A program made the position numbers and the translations under genes. From assembly GCA_016870355.1 (NCBI GenBank), contig VGBR01000003.1, positions 4,653-68,652 of the forward strand: 64,000 nucleotides of DNA. The letters run 5' to 3'. The notes below the pieces were generated by a model. The model searched no databases, was not told where the DNA came from, and worked only from the letters and a program-made list of their open reading frames with translations. This DNA is from Actinomycetota bacterium (GTDB taxonomy: Bacteria > Actinomycetota > Acidimicrobiia > IMCC26256 > PALSA-555). This document shows positions 12,757-21,627 of this stretch, piece by piece; the first letter of the stretch is position 1, and the number at the start of each line of letters is the position of its first letter.

Positions 12757-13638
12757 ATGGAATGGGTGGAGACGACCGGCCGAACGGTCGCTGAGGCGCT
12801 CGACACCGCGCTCGACGAGCTCGGAGTCGACGAAGAGGAAGTCGAGTACGAGGTCGTTGAGGAGCCCAAAGGCGGGCTGCTCGGACGGCGCGGTGCCCGG
12901 ATCCGGGCGCGGGTCAAGCCGGTCTCCCGTGAAAAGCCCGGGGAGCGGCGGCGTCGCTCGGCCCACCGGGAGGACAGTCGGTCGACGGGCGGATCGCGGC
13001 GGCGCAGTGGCGGTGGCGGTGACGGTGCGGCGGTTGCCGTGACCGGGGATGACGGGGCTCGGCCGGCGACCCGGCGCCGACGTCGGGGCGGTCGAGGTCG
13101 GGGACGCGGCGAACGTCGTGAGGAGCGCCCGGCGAGTGCGAGGGGAGAGGGAGCGATGGAGCACGAGGAGATTGACGAGGTCTCACTCGAGGAGCAACGA
13201 GCCTCGGCCGAGGAGTTCACCCGCGGGATCGTGGATGCCTTTGAGGTGGGGGCGGCCACGAAGGCCCGCATCGAAGACGACGGTGTCCTGGTCGACGTCA
13301 CGGGTTCCGACGTCGGGCTGCTGCTCGGGCCCAAGGGCGCAACGCTCCAGGCGATCGAGGAGCTGGTTCGCACCGCGGTCCAGCGCCAGACGGAGGGGCG
13401 GGGAGCCCGAATCAACGTCGACGTCGGCGGCTACCGGGCCAAGCGGCGGGAGGCCCTGGGCAGGTTCGCGGTCGAGCAGGCCCAGCAGGTGCTGGAGTCC
13501 GGCGAGGAGCTGGCGCTCGAGCCGATGAACGCCTCGGACCGCAAGGTCGTGCACGACGCGATCACCGAGGTCGACGGCGTGGGCACCGCCTCAGAGGGCG
13601 AAGAGCCCCGACGCTGGGTGGTGATCCACCGCGCCTGA
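12757..13638 (+). CDS. jag: Jag/KhpB-type RNA-binding protein (Jag_N, KH, R3H) with an Arg/Gly-rich insertion
   Basis: N-terminal MEWVETTGRTVAEALDTALDELGV. C-terminal KH/R3H region LEPMNASDRKVVHDAITEVDGVGTASEGEEPRRWVVI. Follows yidC. Confidence 0.85.
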   Translation: MEWVETTGRTVAEALDTALDELGVDEEEVEYEVVEEPKGGLLGRRGARIRARVKPVSREKPGERRRRSAHREDSRSTGGSRRRSGGGGDGAAVAVTGDDGARPATRRRRRGGRGRGRGERREERPASARGEGAMEHEEIDEVSLEEQRASAEEFTRGIVDAFEVGAATKARIEDDGVLVDVTGSDVGLLLGPKGATLQAIEELVRTAVQRQTEGRGARINVDVGGYRAKRREALGRFAVEQAQQVLESGEELALEPMNASDRKVVHDAITEVDGVGTASEGEEPRRWVVIHRA

Positions 13639-13657
13639 CGGCACAGCTCCGCGGGCG

Positions 13658-14260
13658 GTGACAGAGATCCTCGAAGAGGCGCGCCGTCGGGGGTTCCTCG
13701 GTCCGGGCCCGGTCCAGGACCACATCGACCACGCCGCCGGCATGGCCGCGGCGATCGGTCCTCCACCGGGCCCGTTCCTGGATCTCGGCACCGGCAGCGG
13801 CATCCCCGGACTGGTCCTCGCCCTCGCCTGGCCGGAGTCGACCGGCGTGCTCCTCGACGGGAAGGTCCGTCGGACCGGAGTCCTCGCCCGAGCCCTCACC
13901 GACCTTGGCCTCGCAGACCGGATTCAGGTGCTCACGGCCCGAGCCGAAGCCGCCGCCCACGACCCCGCCCACCGGGCTCACTACGCCCTCGTCGTGGCGA
14001 GAGGCTTCGGACCACCCGCCGCCACCGCCGAGTGCGCGAGCGCCCTCTTGCACGTCGGCGGTCGCCTCGCGGTCAGCGAGCCCCCGGACTCGGATCCGAC
14101 GACCAGGTGGCCAGAGGCCGGCATCGCCGAGCTCGGTCTGACCCCTCCCGAGCTCCGAAGGAGCGAGGGAGTCACGGTCGCCCTCCTCACGCTCACCCAC
14201 CCCCCACGCCTCCACATCCCACGAGGCGCCAACCACCCCACCAAGCGCCCCCTCTGGTAA
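13658..14260 (+). CDS. rsmG: 16S rRNA (guanine527-N7)-methyltransferase RsmG/GidB
   Basis: SAM motif FLDLGTGSGIPGLVLALAWP. Located between jag and parA. Confidence 0.9.
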   Translation: MTEILEEARRRGFLGPGPVQDHIDHAAGMAAAIGPPPGPFLDLGTGSGIPGLVLALAWPESTGVLLDGKVRRTGVLARALTDLGLADRIQVLTARAEAAAHDPAHRAHYALVVARGFGPPAATAECASALLHVGGRLAVSEPPDSDPTTRWPEAGIAELGLTPPELRRSEGVTVALLTLTHPPRLHIPRGANHPTKRPLW

Positions 14261-14264
14261 CCCA

Positions 14265-14280
14265 CGTTCCACGTGAAACA
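14265..14280. promoter_or_regulatory. parS: parS site 1
   Basis: cGTTCCACGTGAAACa. Its 14-bp core fits the TGTTNCACGTGAAACA consensus. It lies 5 nt after the rsmG stop. Confidence 0.85.
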
Positions 14281-14310
14281 TCGAACCACCCGACCCGCCA
14301 GGTCGCGGGA

Positions 14311-14326
14311 CGTTCCACGTGGAACA
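14311..14326. promoter_or_regulatory. parS: parS site 2 (perfect palindrome variant)
   Basis: cGTTCCACGTGGAACa. The 14-bp core is a perfect palindrome, one substitution away from site 1. Confidence 0.8.
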
Positions 14327-14741
14327 CCCAGAAGAGGGTCGGGGAACCGACCTGCAAGCGGATCTTGAAACGAACCACCCGAATCGCCACGGAACCACCC
14401 CTGCCTCGAAGCCTCACCTCGACGATTGACCAGACTGCGAAGAGCGGCAACGACCGCGGATCAGATCGCGACGACTCGGATCGAGGAGCTAGCCCGAAGC
14501 GCGGAGGACGGAGGGCACCGGAGCCCCTCCGGGAGGCAGTTGGACGAGGCGAGGTGCAGCCGGTTCGGACGGGGCACCGGTGGGCTCCGGCCGGAGGTGG
14601 CCAGACTGCGGACCGAGCCCGAAGCAGGGTCGCGAACCGAGAAGAGAAAAATCTTCCCGCACCTCTGGTCAAGCGCTCGCGGAGGCTCTATGGTTCGACC
14701 CTCAACCTCAGGTCAAGCCTGAACAAGCCTCGGAGGCTGTG

Positions 14742-15644
14742 GTGGCCAAGACGAAGCACGTCGAGGACGACCTCGTCGGAGTCCTCGGGCAGCTGCCCGA
14801 CGGACCCATCCTCGATCCGCAGACCCTGCCGGTCACGACCGGCATCGCGGCACTGGCGCCGATGGTGCTGCCGCGGGTCATCGCGATCGCCAACCAGAAG
14901 GGCGGGGTGGGCAAGACCACCACCGCCGTCAACCTCGGCGCCGCGCTGGCCGAGCTCGACTTCCGGGTGCTGGTGGTCGACCTCGACCCCCAGGGGAATG
15001 CGACGACGGGCCTCGGCCTGAACCCTCGTGACCTCTCGGGCTCGATCTACGACGTGCTGCTGAACGACGCCTCGGTCGAGGACGCAGTCGAGCCAACCAG
15101 CATCAAGAACCTTTTCGTCGTCCCCGCGACCATCGACCTCGCCGGCGCCGAGATCGAGCTGGTGCCCCAGATCAGCCGGGAGCTCAAGCTCAAGCGAGCC
15201 CTCGACATCATCCGGGATCAGTACGACCTCGTGCTCATCGACTGCCCGCCGTCGCTCGGCCTCCTCACCGTCAACGGCCTCGCCGCTTCTGACGACGTGA
15301 TCGTGCCGATCCAGTGCGAGTACTACGCCCTGGAGGGCTTGGGGCAGCTGCTCCGCAACGTATCGCTCGTGCAGGCGAACCTGAACCCCGATCTGGATGT
15401 CCGGGGGATCATCCTCACCATGTACGACGCGCGCACGAAGCTCGCTGACCAGGTCGTGAACGAGGTCCGCGAGTACTTCGGCAACAGGGTGTACTCCACG
15501 GTGGTGCCGCGCACCGTGCGCCTCTCGGAGGCGCCGTCGTTCGGCCAGCCGATCATCGTGTTCGACGCGGCATCGCGGGGCGCGAAGGCGTACCGCGATC
15601 TGGCGAAAGAGGTGAGCAGTGGCGCGACCCGGCGGCCTCGGTAG
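14742..15644 (+). CDS. parA: chromosome partitioning ATPase ParA/Soj
   Basis: Deviant Walker A IAIANQKGGVGKTTTAVNLG. The track ORF from 14580 is probably over-extended. GTG 14742 has GGAGG 5 nt upstream; alternatives are GTG 14739 and ATG 14862. Confidence 0.9.
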   Translation: MAKTKHVEDDLVGVLGQLPDGPILDPQTLPVTTGIAALAPMVLPRVIAIANQKGGVGKTTTAVNLGAALAELDFRVLVVDLDPQGNATTGLGLNPRDLSGSIYDVLLNDASVEDAVEPTSIKNLFVVPATIDLAGAEIELVPQISRELKLKRALDIIRDQYDLVLIDCPPSLGLLTVNGLAASDDVIVPIQCEYYALEGLGQLLRNVSLVQANLNPDLDVRGIILTMYDARTKLADQVVNEVREYFGNRVYSTVVPRTVRLSEAPSFGQPIIVFDAASRGAKAYRDLAKEVSSGATRRPR

Positions 15645-16521
15645 GGGGCTCGGCGCCCTCATTCCACCTGGCACCTTGGACCACCCGGTCCAGGCGGTCT
15701 CGGGGTACCGAGAAATCCCAATCGCGGCAATTCGACCGAATCCGTACCAACCGCGCGACGTCTTCGACGAAGAGGCGCTCGGCGCGCTGGCCGACTCGAT
15801 CCGCGAGGTCGGGCTGCTCCAGCCGGTGCTGGTCCGCCCGGCCGGCGATGAATTCGAGCTCATCGCGGGTGAGCGGCGCTGGCGCGCCGCGCGCCGGGTG
15901 GGGCTCCAGTCGATCGCCGCGCTCGTGCGTGAAACCCAAGACGACACCGCGCTCGAGCAGGCGCTCGTCGAGAACGTCCAGCGCGAGAACCTGAACCCCC
16001 TCGAAGAGGCCGCGGCGTACCAGCAGCTCATCGAGGACTTCAAGATGACGCACGAGCAGGTGGCGTCGCGCGTCGGCAAGAGCCGGGTCGCGATCTCGAA
16101 CACGCTGCGACTGCTTCAGCTTCCGCCGTCGATCCAGCGTGCCGTGCGCGAGCAGCAGCTCTCCATGGGCCACGCACGCGCGCTGCTCGGCACGCCCGAC
16201 CGCAAGTTCCAGGAAGCCCTCGCGAAGCGCGCGATCAAGGAGGAGCTGACCGTGCGCGCCGTCGAGGACGCCGTGCGGGCGCGCAACGACGGCGTCGACA
16301 TCGGCGACAAGGTCACCGCGCCTGGCCGCATGCGGCCGCCGGGTCTGGCCGAGCTCGAGGAGCTGCTGAGCGACTTCCTCGAGACGCGGGTGAAGATCAA
16401 GATGGGGAAGGGCGGCAAGGGCTCGATGACGTGCGAGTTCGCCGGACTCGATGACCTCGAGCGCATCTACCGCCGTATGACCGATGCCCGCGCCGCGACC
16501 CCGCGGTCGAAGGCAGGCTGA
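15619..16521 (+). CDS. parB: chromosome partitioning protein ParB
   Basis: Contains GLGRGLGALIP, LQPVLVRP and GERRWRAA (CTP-binding box), plus an HTH region. Overlaps the parA 3' end by 26 nt. Confidence 0.93.
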   Translation: MARPGGLGRGLGALIPPGTLDHPVQAVSGYREIPIAAIRPNPYQPRDVFDEEALGALADSIREVGLLQPVLVRPAGDEFELIAGERRWRAARRVGLQSIAALVRETQDDTALEQALVENVQRENLNPLEEAAAYQQLIEDFKMTHEQVASRVGKSRVAISNTLRLLQLPPSIQRAVREQQLSMGHARALLGTPDRKFQEALAKRAIKEELTVRAVEDAVRARNDGVDIGDKVTAPGRMRPPGLAELEELLSDFLETRVKIKMGKGGKGSMTCEFAGLDDLERIYRRMTDARAATPRSKAG

Positions 16522-16636
16522 ACCCCCGCACGTTCGCCGCTTCGCGCACGTTCGTACCGTGCGTTCACCTCCGGCCGGAGCATGCCGGTGCCCCCGTTCG
16601 CTCAGCGGAACCTAACTTCGCCCGAGCCCCTGCGCC

Positions 16637-16662
16637 GGCCGTCCGCCACAGGCGGACCGGCC
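16637..16662. terminator. GC-rich hairpin between convergent parB and the 16757 gene
   Basis: ggccgtccgcc-aca-ggcggaccggcc, about 11 bp with one bulge. There is no U-tract. Confidence 0.3.
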
Positions 16663-16756
16663 GTCGGCTCTTCGAGCCGGGTCTCGGTCGATCGGTCCCA
16701 CTGCTTCGCGAAGAGGGCACCGGGTCCTCCGCCCTCAACTCAGCGAAAGATCGAAC

Positions 16757-17095
16757 TCACTCGAGCCAGCTGACGGCGAGCCACCACACCGGCAGTAGCA
16801 GCGGTCCAAGCAGCGCACTGCCTATGAGCCATCCGATGACCAAGAGACACCAGTCTTTGGCCGTGAGACCTTCGAACGCATGGGGCACCAAGTCGCCGCC
16901 CAACACGCCGTCGCGGTATGCGGCTTCGAGTGGCGTCAGCTCCGGCGAGGGCGGACCGGCGCTGCGTCTTGCGTCAGGGGTCAACCCAAGTCGCTCGTGG
17001 ACCCGTCGACGACGCACTTCGTTGCGCCGACCTGGAACGACCGCGTCGATGACGAAGTAGATCCCGGTGGGGACGAGGCCGAAACCTGTCCACAC
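16757..17095 (-). CDS. hypothetical membrane protein
   Basis: 112 aa with two hydrophobic segments (GLVPTGIYFVIDAVV; WCLLVIGWLIGSALLGPLLLPVWWLAVSW). I recognise no family. Confidence 0.5.
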   Translation of the reverse strand: MWTGFGLVPTGIYFVIDAVVPGRRNEVRRRRVHERLGLTPDARRSAGPPSPELTPLEAAYRDGVLGGDLVPHAFEGLTAKDWCLLVIGWLIGSALLGPLLLPVWWLAVSWLE

Positions 17096-17196
17096 GAGCC
17101 ACCAAGCCCACCAGCTCAGAGCGCGGTCACTTCGTCAATGAGCCAGCGCAACGGCAATCGCACGCCCCAAGTCTGACTGCTCAGGAAGTAGCCCAG

Positions 17197-18183
17197 TCAG
17201 GCGGAGTCGGGGTGTTCGATGGCTGCTTGGATGCCTTTGACGATTGCTCGGCCTGCGTCCCCTGCCTTTGCGACCAACATGCGCATGGCTTCGATGTCGC
17301 GCTCGGGGACGACGTCGACGACGACCGCGGTCATCCGGGTCTCGCGGAGTGCGGCGTAGGCCTTGCCGCAGACCTGCGCGTCGCTCGGCAGGACGTCGGC
17401 GAGCGAGCTGTGGATCGCGGTCGCGACGGCGAGACCCGCTTCGGAGCGAAAGTCGCCGGTGGCGAAGTAGGCGCAGCGGCACCGGGCGTCGCCCGTGCGG
17501 AGCGCGAGGAAGAGGTCGGCGCCGTAGCGGTTGGCTTCGTCGGCGACGACCGCGTCCTCTTCACCGGACGGGTCGAGGATCGCCGCGGCACCGGCGTCGA
17601 CGAGGCTCTTGGCGACCTGCTCGGCGAGCGCGGCGAGGCCGGGCTCCGCGGCCACGTACACGCGGAGGTCGGCGAGATGGCGCGGGCCGGCGAGGAGGCG
17701 CTCGCGCTCGCGCAGCGACGCGGCGGAACCGTCCGCGAACGAGCCGACGCGGTCGAGGGCGGCGAGTGTGATCGGTCCGCAGATGCCATCAGGACGAAGG
17801 CCGGAGGCGCGTTGGAACTCGACCAGGGCTTGGTAGGACTCCTCGCCGAGGATGCCGTCCTCTCGACCGGCGTCGAACCCGAGCGCGTTCAGCCGCAGCT
17901 GGAGCCCGGCGACGTCGTCGCCTCGGAGCATCGGGCGCCGGAAGTAAAGGAGGCGGTCGCCGAGCGCGACGCCGCTCTCGACGAGCGTGTTCCACGTCTG
18001 GAGCCCGACGACGCCGTCGACGCGCAGCCCGCGCGCCTCCTGGAAGGAGCGCACCGCGGCGCCGGTGCCGTCGGCGAAGTCACCGAGGTCGTCGGTGTGG
18101 ATGTCGTGGCCGAGCGCGACCAGCCGCGCCTGGAGGTCTCGGACCGCCTCACCGCGGCTGCCCGGCCGGAGCTCAGCGGGCAT
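17197..18183 (-). CDS. cwlM: CwlM-like protein: two PG_binding_1 repeats plus an Amidase_3-like domain that looks catalytically degenerate
   Basis: RGEAVRDLQARLVALGH and VAGLQLRLNALGF are PG-binding repeats. C-terminal amidase-like region YGADLFLALRTGD. Sits next to trxA/trxB as Rv3915 does. Confidence 0.8.
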   Translation of the reverse strand: MPAELRPGSRGEAVRDLQARLVALGHDIHTDDLGDFADGTGAAVRSFQEARGLRVDGVVGLQTWNTLVESGVALGDRLLYFRRPMLRGDDVAGLQLRLNALGFDAGREDGILGEESYQALVEFQRASGLRPDGICGPITLAALDRVGSFADGSAASLRERERLLAGPRHLADLRVYVAAEPGLAALAEQVAKSLVDAGAAAILDPSGEEDAVVADEANRYGADLFLALRTGDARCRCAYFATGDFRSEAGLAVATAIHSSLADVLPSDAQVCGKAYAALRETRMTAVVVDVVPERDIEAMRMLVAKAGDAGRAIVKGIQAAIEHPDSA

Positions 18184-18260
18184 GGGAACTCCCTTTCCCG
18201 TCCAAGGTGCTCAGGTCAACGTGCTCGCGTGCCCGGGGTCTCCCCCGGGCGAGAAGGGGC

Positions 18261-18590
18261 TTACCCCACGTACTCGGCGAGCTCCTGGAGCAGCCGACCC
18301 TTGCCCTTGGCGCCGACGAGGCGCTTCACGGGCTCACCGTCCTTGAACACCAACAGGGTGGGGATGCTCATCACGTTGTACTTCATCGCCGTCGTCGGGT
18401 TGTTGTCGACGTTGAGCTTGGCGATGTCGAGCTTGTCGCCGTACTCGGTGGCGAGCTCCTCGAGGACCGGGGCGATCATCTTGCAAGGACCACACCACTC
18501 CGCCCAGAAGTCGACGAGCACCGCCTTCTCGGCGCCCCCGACGGTCTCGTCGAAGGTGTCGTCGGTGAGGATCTGGATGTTGGCTCCCAC
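18261..18590 (-). CDS. trxA: thioredoxin
   Basis: 109 aa with the WCGPC active site. AAGGGAGG SD. Confidence 0.95.
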   Translation of the reverse strand: MGANIQILTDDTFDETVGGAEKAVLVDFWAEWCGPCKMIAPVLEELATEYGDKLDIAKLNVDNNPTTAMKYNVMSIPTLLVFKDGEPVKRLVGAKGKGRLLQELAEYVG

Positions 18591-18635
18591 GGGGGCCTCC
18601 CTTGGGGACTGGAAGGGCGTCTGGACGGGCGTTGC

Positions 18636-18641
18636 AGTGTA
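18636..18641 (-). promoter_or_regulatory. candidate -10 (GGTACACT) for trxA inside the trxB-trxA spacer
   Basis: Minus strand reads atcGGTACACTgcaac, about 45 nt upstream of the trxA GTG. The octamer matches the gyrB candidate. Confidence 0.3.
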
Positions 18642-18764
18642 CCGATGGCCCCAACGCCGATTGGGGTCCCGGGCATTCCTGCTGCATGCGGTCGCTTGCT
18701 GCGAGTCGGGGAAACCCGCCTCGCGGCCGCTCGCTCCCTGTCGATCGCCTCCGACGCCGCTCTC

Positions 18765-19697
18765 TCAGCCGTGTTCTCTGGCAGCGAGCCAGCGCTCGGC
18801 CTCGATGGCGGCCATGCAGCCGCTGCCCGCCGCGGTGACCGCCTGCCGGAAGACGTGGTCCTGCACGTCGCCGGCCGCGAACACGCCGGGGACCGACGTG
18901 GCCGTGGAGTTGGCCGCGGTGATCGCGTAGCCGGAGGCGTCGAGGTCGATCTGGCCCTTCACGAGGTCGGTGGTGGGGGTGTGCCCGATCGCGACGAAGA
19001 GGCCGTCGAGCTCGAGGCGCGATTCCTCACCAGTGACGGTGTCGGTGAGCCGCACGCCTTCGACGCGGTCGTCGCCGAGCACCTCGTCGACGACCGAGTT
19101 CCAGCGGAAGTCGATCTTGTCGTTGGCGAAGGCCCGCTCGGCCATGATCTTCGAGGCCCGCAGCTCGTCGCGGCGGTGGATCACGGTGACGTTGGTCGCG
19201 AACTTCGTGAGGAAGAGCGCCTCTTCGATGGCGGTGTCGCCGCCGCCGACCACCCCGATCGGCTTGCCCCGGAAGAAGAAGCCGTCGCACGTCGCGCAGG
19301 TCGAGACCCCCTTGGCGAGCAAGCGGGCCTCGGACTCGAGCCCGAGCATCTGCGCGCTCGCGCCGGTAGAGAGGATGAGCGCGTCGCCGCGGTACTCGGT
19401 GGAGCCGACCCACGCCCCGAACGGCGACTCCGACAGGTCGACCCGGTCGACGTCGGCGGTGACGAACTCAGCCCCGAACCGGACCGCCTGCTCCCGAAGC
19501 TTGGTCATGAGGTCGGGCCCCATGATCCCTTGGGGGAACCCCGGGTAGTTCTCGACGTCGGTCGTGAGCATCAGCTGCCCGCCGGCCTCGATGCCCTCGA
19601 TCACGATCGGCTCGAGCAGGGCACGGGCGGCATAGATCGCCGCGGTGAGGCCCGCGGGTCCCGATCCTGCGATCACGACCTTGCGTTGCTCGCTCAC
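18765..19697 (-). CDS. trxB: thioredoxin-disulfide reductase
   Basis: Contains VVIAGSGPAGLTAAIYAARA, the redox-active CATCDG and GVFAAGDV. Start reset to GTG 19697 (GAGGAG SD), which overlaps the upstream gene's TGA (GTGA). Confidence 0.93.
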   Translation of the reverse strand: MSEQRKVVIAGSGPAGLTAAIYAARALLEPIVIEGIEAGGQLMLTTDVENYPGFPQGIMGPDLMTKLREQAVRFGAEFVTADVDRVDLSESPFGAWVGSTEYRGDALILSTGASAQMLGLESEARLLAKGVSTCATCDGFFFRGKPIGVVGGGDTAIEEALFLTKFATNVTVIHRRDELRASKIMAERAFANDKIDFRWNSVVDEVLGDDRVEGVRLTDTVTGEESRLELDGLFVAIGHTPTTDLVKGQIDLDASGYAITAANSTATSVPGVFAAGDVQDHVFRQAVTAAGSGCMAAIEAERWLAAREHG

Positions 19698-19996
19698 GCT
19701 TGCTCCTCGTCCTTGGGCGGTCGCATCCGCCGTGACCAGCAGAACGCCCCGGCGAGCACGAGGATTCCGCCGCAGATCCCGTAGGCCGCCCACACCTCAC
19801 CGGTGAGGATCACCAGGCCCCGGAAGGCGCCAATGGTGAGAAGGGTGAGCGCGGTGCCGATGAAGAAGGTGGCGAGCAGCCCGTAGACGACGGCCTTCGT
19901 GGCCTTCTGGGCCGGGACGACGGTCTTGTCGCGGACCGCGACGACGACCTTTTCGATCGTGTCGGCGGCCTGCTTCGGCCAGTCGTCGCGTGCCAT
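19694..19996 (-). CDS. small two-TM membrane protein (possibly of the phage-holin-like Holin-X type; family call tentative)
   Basis: Reads MARDDWPKQAADTIEKVVVAVRDKTVVPAQKATKAVVYGLLATFFIGTALTLLTIGAFRGLVILTGEVWAAYGICGGILVLAGAFCWSRR. The track ORF is over-extended; ATG 19996 chosen. Confidence 0.55.
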   Translation of the reverse strand: MARDDWPKQAADTIEKVVVAVRDKTVVPAQKATKAVVYGLLATFFIGTALTLLTIGAFRGLVILTGEVWAAYGICGGILVLAGAFCWSRRMRPPKDEEQA

Positions 19997-20015
19997 AGGG
20001 CGGCGAGCGTACTTG

Positions 20016-21593
20016 TCAGGGGGTCGATCGACCCCGGCCGACGGTCTGCCCGCAAGGCGGCGCGATCGGAGTGTCGGGCCTCGCGAGGTACCCGACCGCG
20101 TCGGCGTCCGGCCGGGTATGGCGCTCGTAGAGATGCATGCCGCGGACCTCGCGGACAAAGCAGTAGTCGCCGACGATCCGAATCGCCAGGCTGGAGTACT
20201 TGCTCATCGGAGCGAGCTCGGCGTCCTTCAACGCCGCGGGCGCAGTGTCGAGCACGAGCCGTGGCTGGTGGGCGTCGAAGTCGGCGAGGAAGTCATCCCA
20301 GTTCTTCCGGTTGGCGCGCGCGGGCTCCGCGCGGGGCTCGTCGCGGCTCGGTTGGACCCCGGCGAGGAACGACAGCGTCGTCACGAAGCGCGTCGCGGGC
20401 AGCCGATCGGCCTCCCAGTAGAGCTCCGGTGCGAGGCCCCACACGAGCACCCGGTCGTCGGCCCCCGAGTGCGCACGGATGGCACGGGCCGCGCCGTCGG
20501 TGAGCTCCGGGCGGATGATGTCCGCGGGATGCGCGAAGAGCGCCCCGAGCGCACAGCCGGTCGCGGTGGCCCCGGTCGCGAGCAGTGCCCCGATGCGCAC
20601 GCGGGTCGACCGCCGCGCGAGCGCGCCGGCGGCGAGAAGGCTCACCGGTGGCACGAGCTGGAGGAAGTAGTGCCCGTAGAAGCGCCACCCGAGCGCGACC
20701 GCGACGATGCCGCCCACGAGCCAGATCCAGAGGTCGTTGTCGCCGGAGCTCTCGGTCGGGGGCGCGCCGGACCGATGCCGACGATCTCGCCACGCCAGCG
20801 CGAGCAGCAGCACGAGCGGCGCGTTCAAACCGATCCAGAGGCCGACCTGCTCGCCGAGCAGCTGGACGGCCTCGCCGAACGGCGGCGGCGCGGCGAACCC
20901 ACCGGTGCCGAGCACGTTCCACCGCGTGTACTCGCCGGGCCCGATGAGCACCGCCGCGAGCACGACCGGCGCGGCGAACCCGAGCGCAGCGAGGACGAAG
21001 GGTCGCGGCTGACGCGCCCGCCAGGCGCGGGAGGCCACGGGCAGCAAGGTCACGCCGCCGGTCTGCTTGACGAGCACCGACAGTCCGACGGCCGCGCCCG
21101 CGGATGCCCACCGACCGTGCCGCGCGAGCACCACGGCCCCGACGGTGGCGGGCAGCATGAACAGCTCGAAGCTCGCGGCCTGCCCGTCGCCAGGCAGGTA
21201 CGCCGTGGCGGCGAACACGCAGAGCAGCCCGGCCACCCACCCGGCGCGTTCGCCCCAACGGGCGCGACCTTCCAAGAAGACGAGGAAGGCGGTCAGCGCG
21301 AGCGCGAGCATCGCGAGCAGCCGCGGACCGACCAGCGAGTCGTCGCCAACCACCGCGAACGCGGCGGCATAGAGGTAGGGAAGCGCAGGAGCCTTGCGAT
21401 CGGCGGTGTCGTCGTAGACGGACCCGCCATCGAGCACGACGCGGGCCTGCGTGCCCACGAAGGCCTCGTCGGGGTTGAACAGCTCGACCGTGAACGCGGC
21501 CGCGTGCAGCGCGACGGTCAGCAGGAGGAGCAGCCCGAAGCGGCGGACGAGCGAGAGAGTCGGCGCCGCGATCACGCCGACGCATCGTGGCAC
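20016..21593 (-). CDS. GT-C fold glycosyltransferase (PMT_2/ArnT-like, family 39/83-like) polytopic membrane protein
   Basis: Many TM segments and an early-loop FNPDEAFVGTQ (DE motif). Start reset to GTG 21593 (alternative 21572), because the track ORF overlaps the upstream gene. Confidence 0.7.
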   Translation of the reverse strand: MPRCVGVIAAPTLSLVRRFGLLLLLTVALHAAAFTVELFNPDEAFVGTQARVVLDGGSVYDDTADRKAPALPYLYAAAFAVVGDDSLVGPRLLAMLALALTAFLVFLEGRARWGERAGWVAGLLCVFAATAYLPGDGQAASFELFMLPATVGAVVLARHGRWASAGAAVGLSVLVKQTGGVTLLPVASRAWRARQPRPFVLAALGFAAPVVLAAVLIGPGEYTRWNVLGTGGFAAPPPFGEAVQLLGEQVGLWIGLNAPLVLLLALAWRDRRHRSGAPPTESSGDNDLWIWLVGGIVAVALGWRFYGHYFLQLVPPVSLLAAGALARRSTRVRIGALLATGATATGCALGALFAHPADIIRPELTDGAARAIRAHSGADDRVLVWGLAPELYWEADRLPATRFVTTLSFLAGVQPSRDEPRAEPARANRKNWDDFLADFDAHQPRLVLDTAPAALKDAELAPMSKYSSLAIRIVGDYCFVREVRGMHLYERHTRPDADAVGYLARPDTPIAPPCGQTVGRGRSTP

Positions 21594-21627
21594 AGCCGTG
21601 GAACCGCGGCCTGCCGTGAGGGGAGGA

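Noticed and set aside
11434-13164. 576-aa minus-strand ORF, plus 12216..13415 (399 aa)
   Set aside because: They are antisense or out of frame to yidD, yidC and jag, which carry clear family motifs. They have no domain signal.
14426-14722. 98-aa TTG-initiated ORF in the rsmG-parA spacer (also the 14580 extension of parA)
   Set aside because: It has weaker third-position G/C bias than real genes here, a low-complexity R/E/G-rich product, and its internal repeats reflect DNA repeats. I treat the region as non-coding but flag it in the findings.
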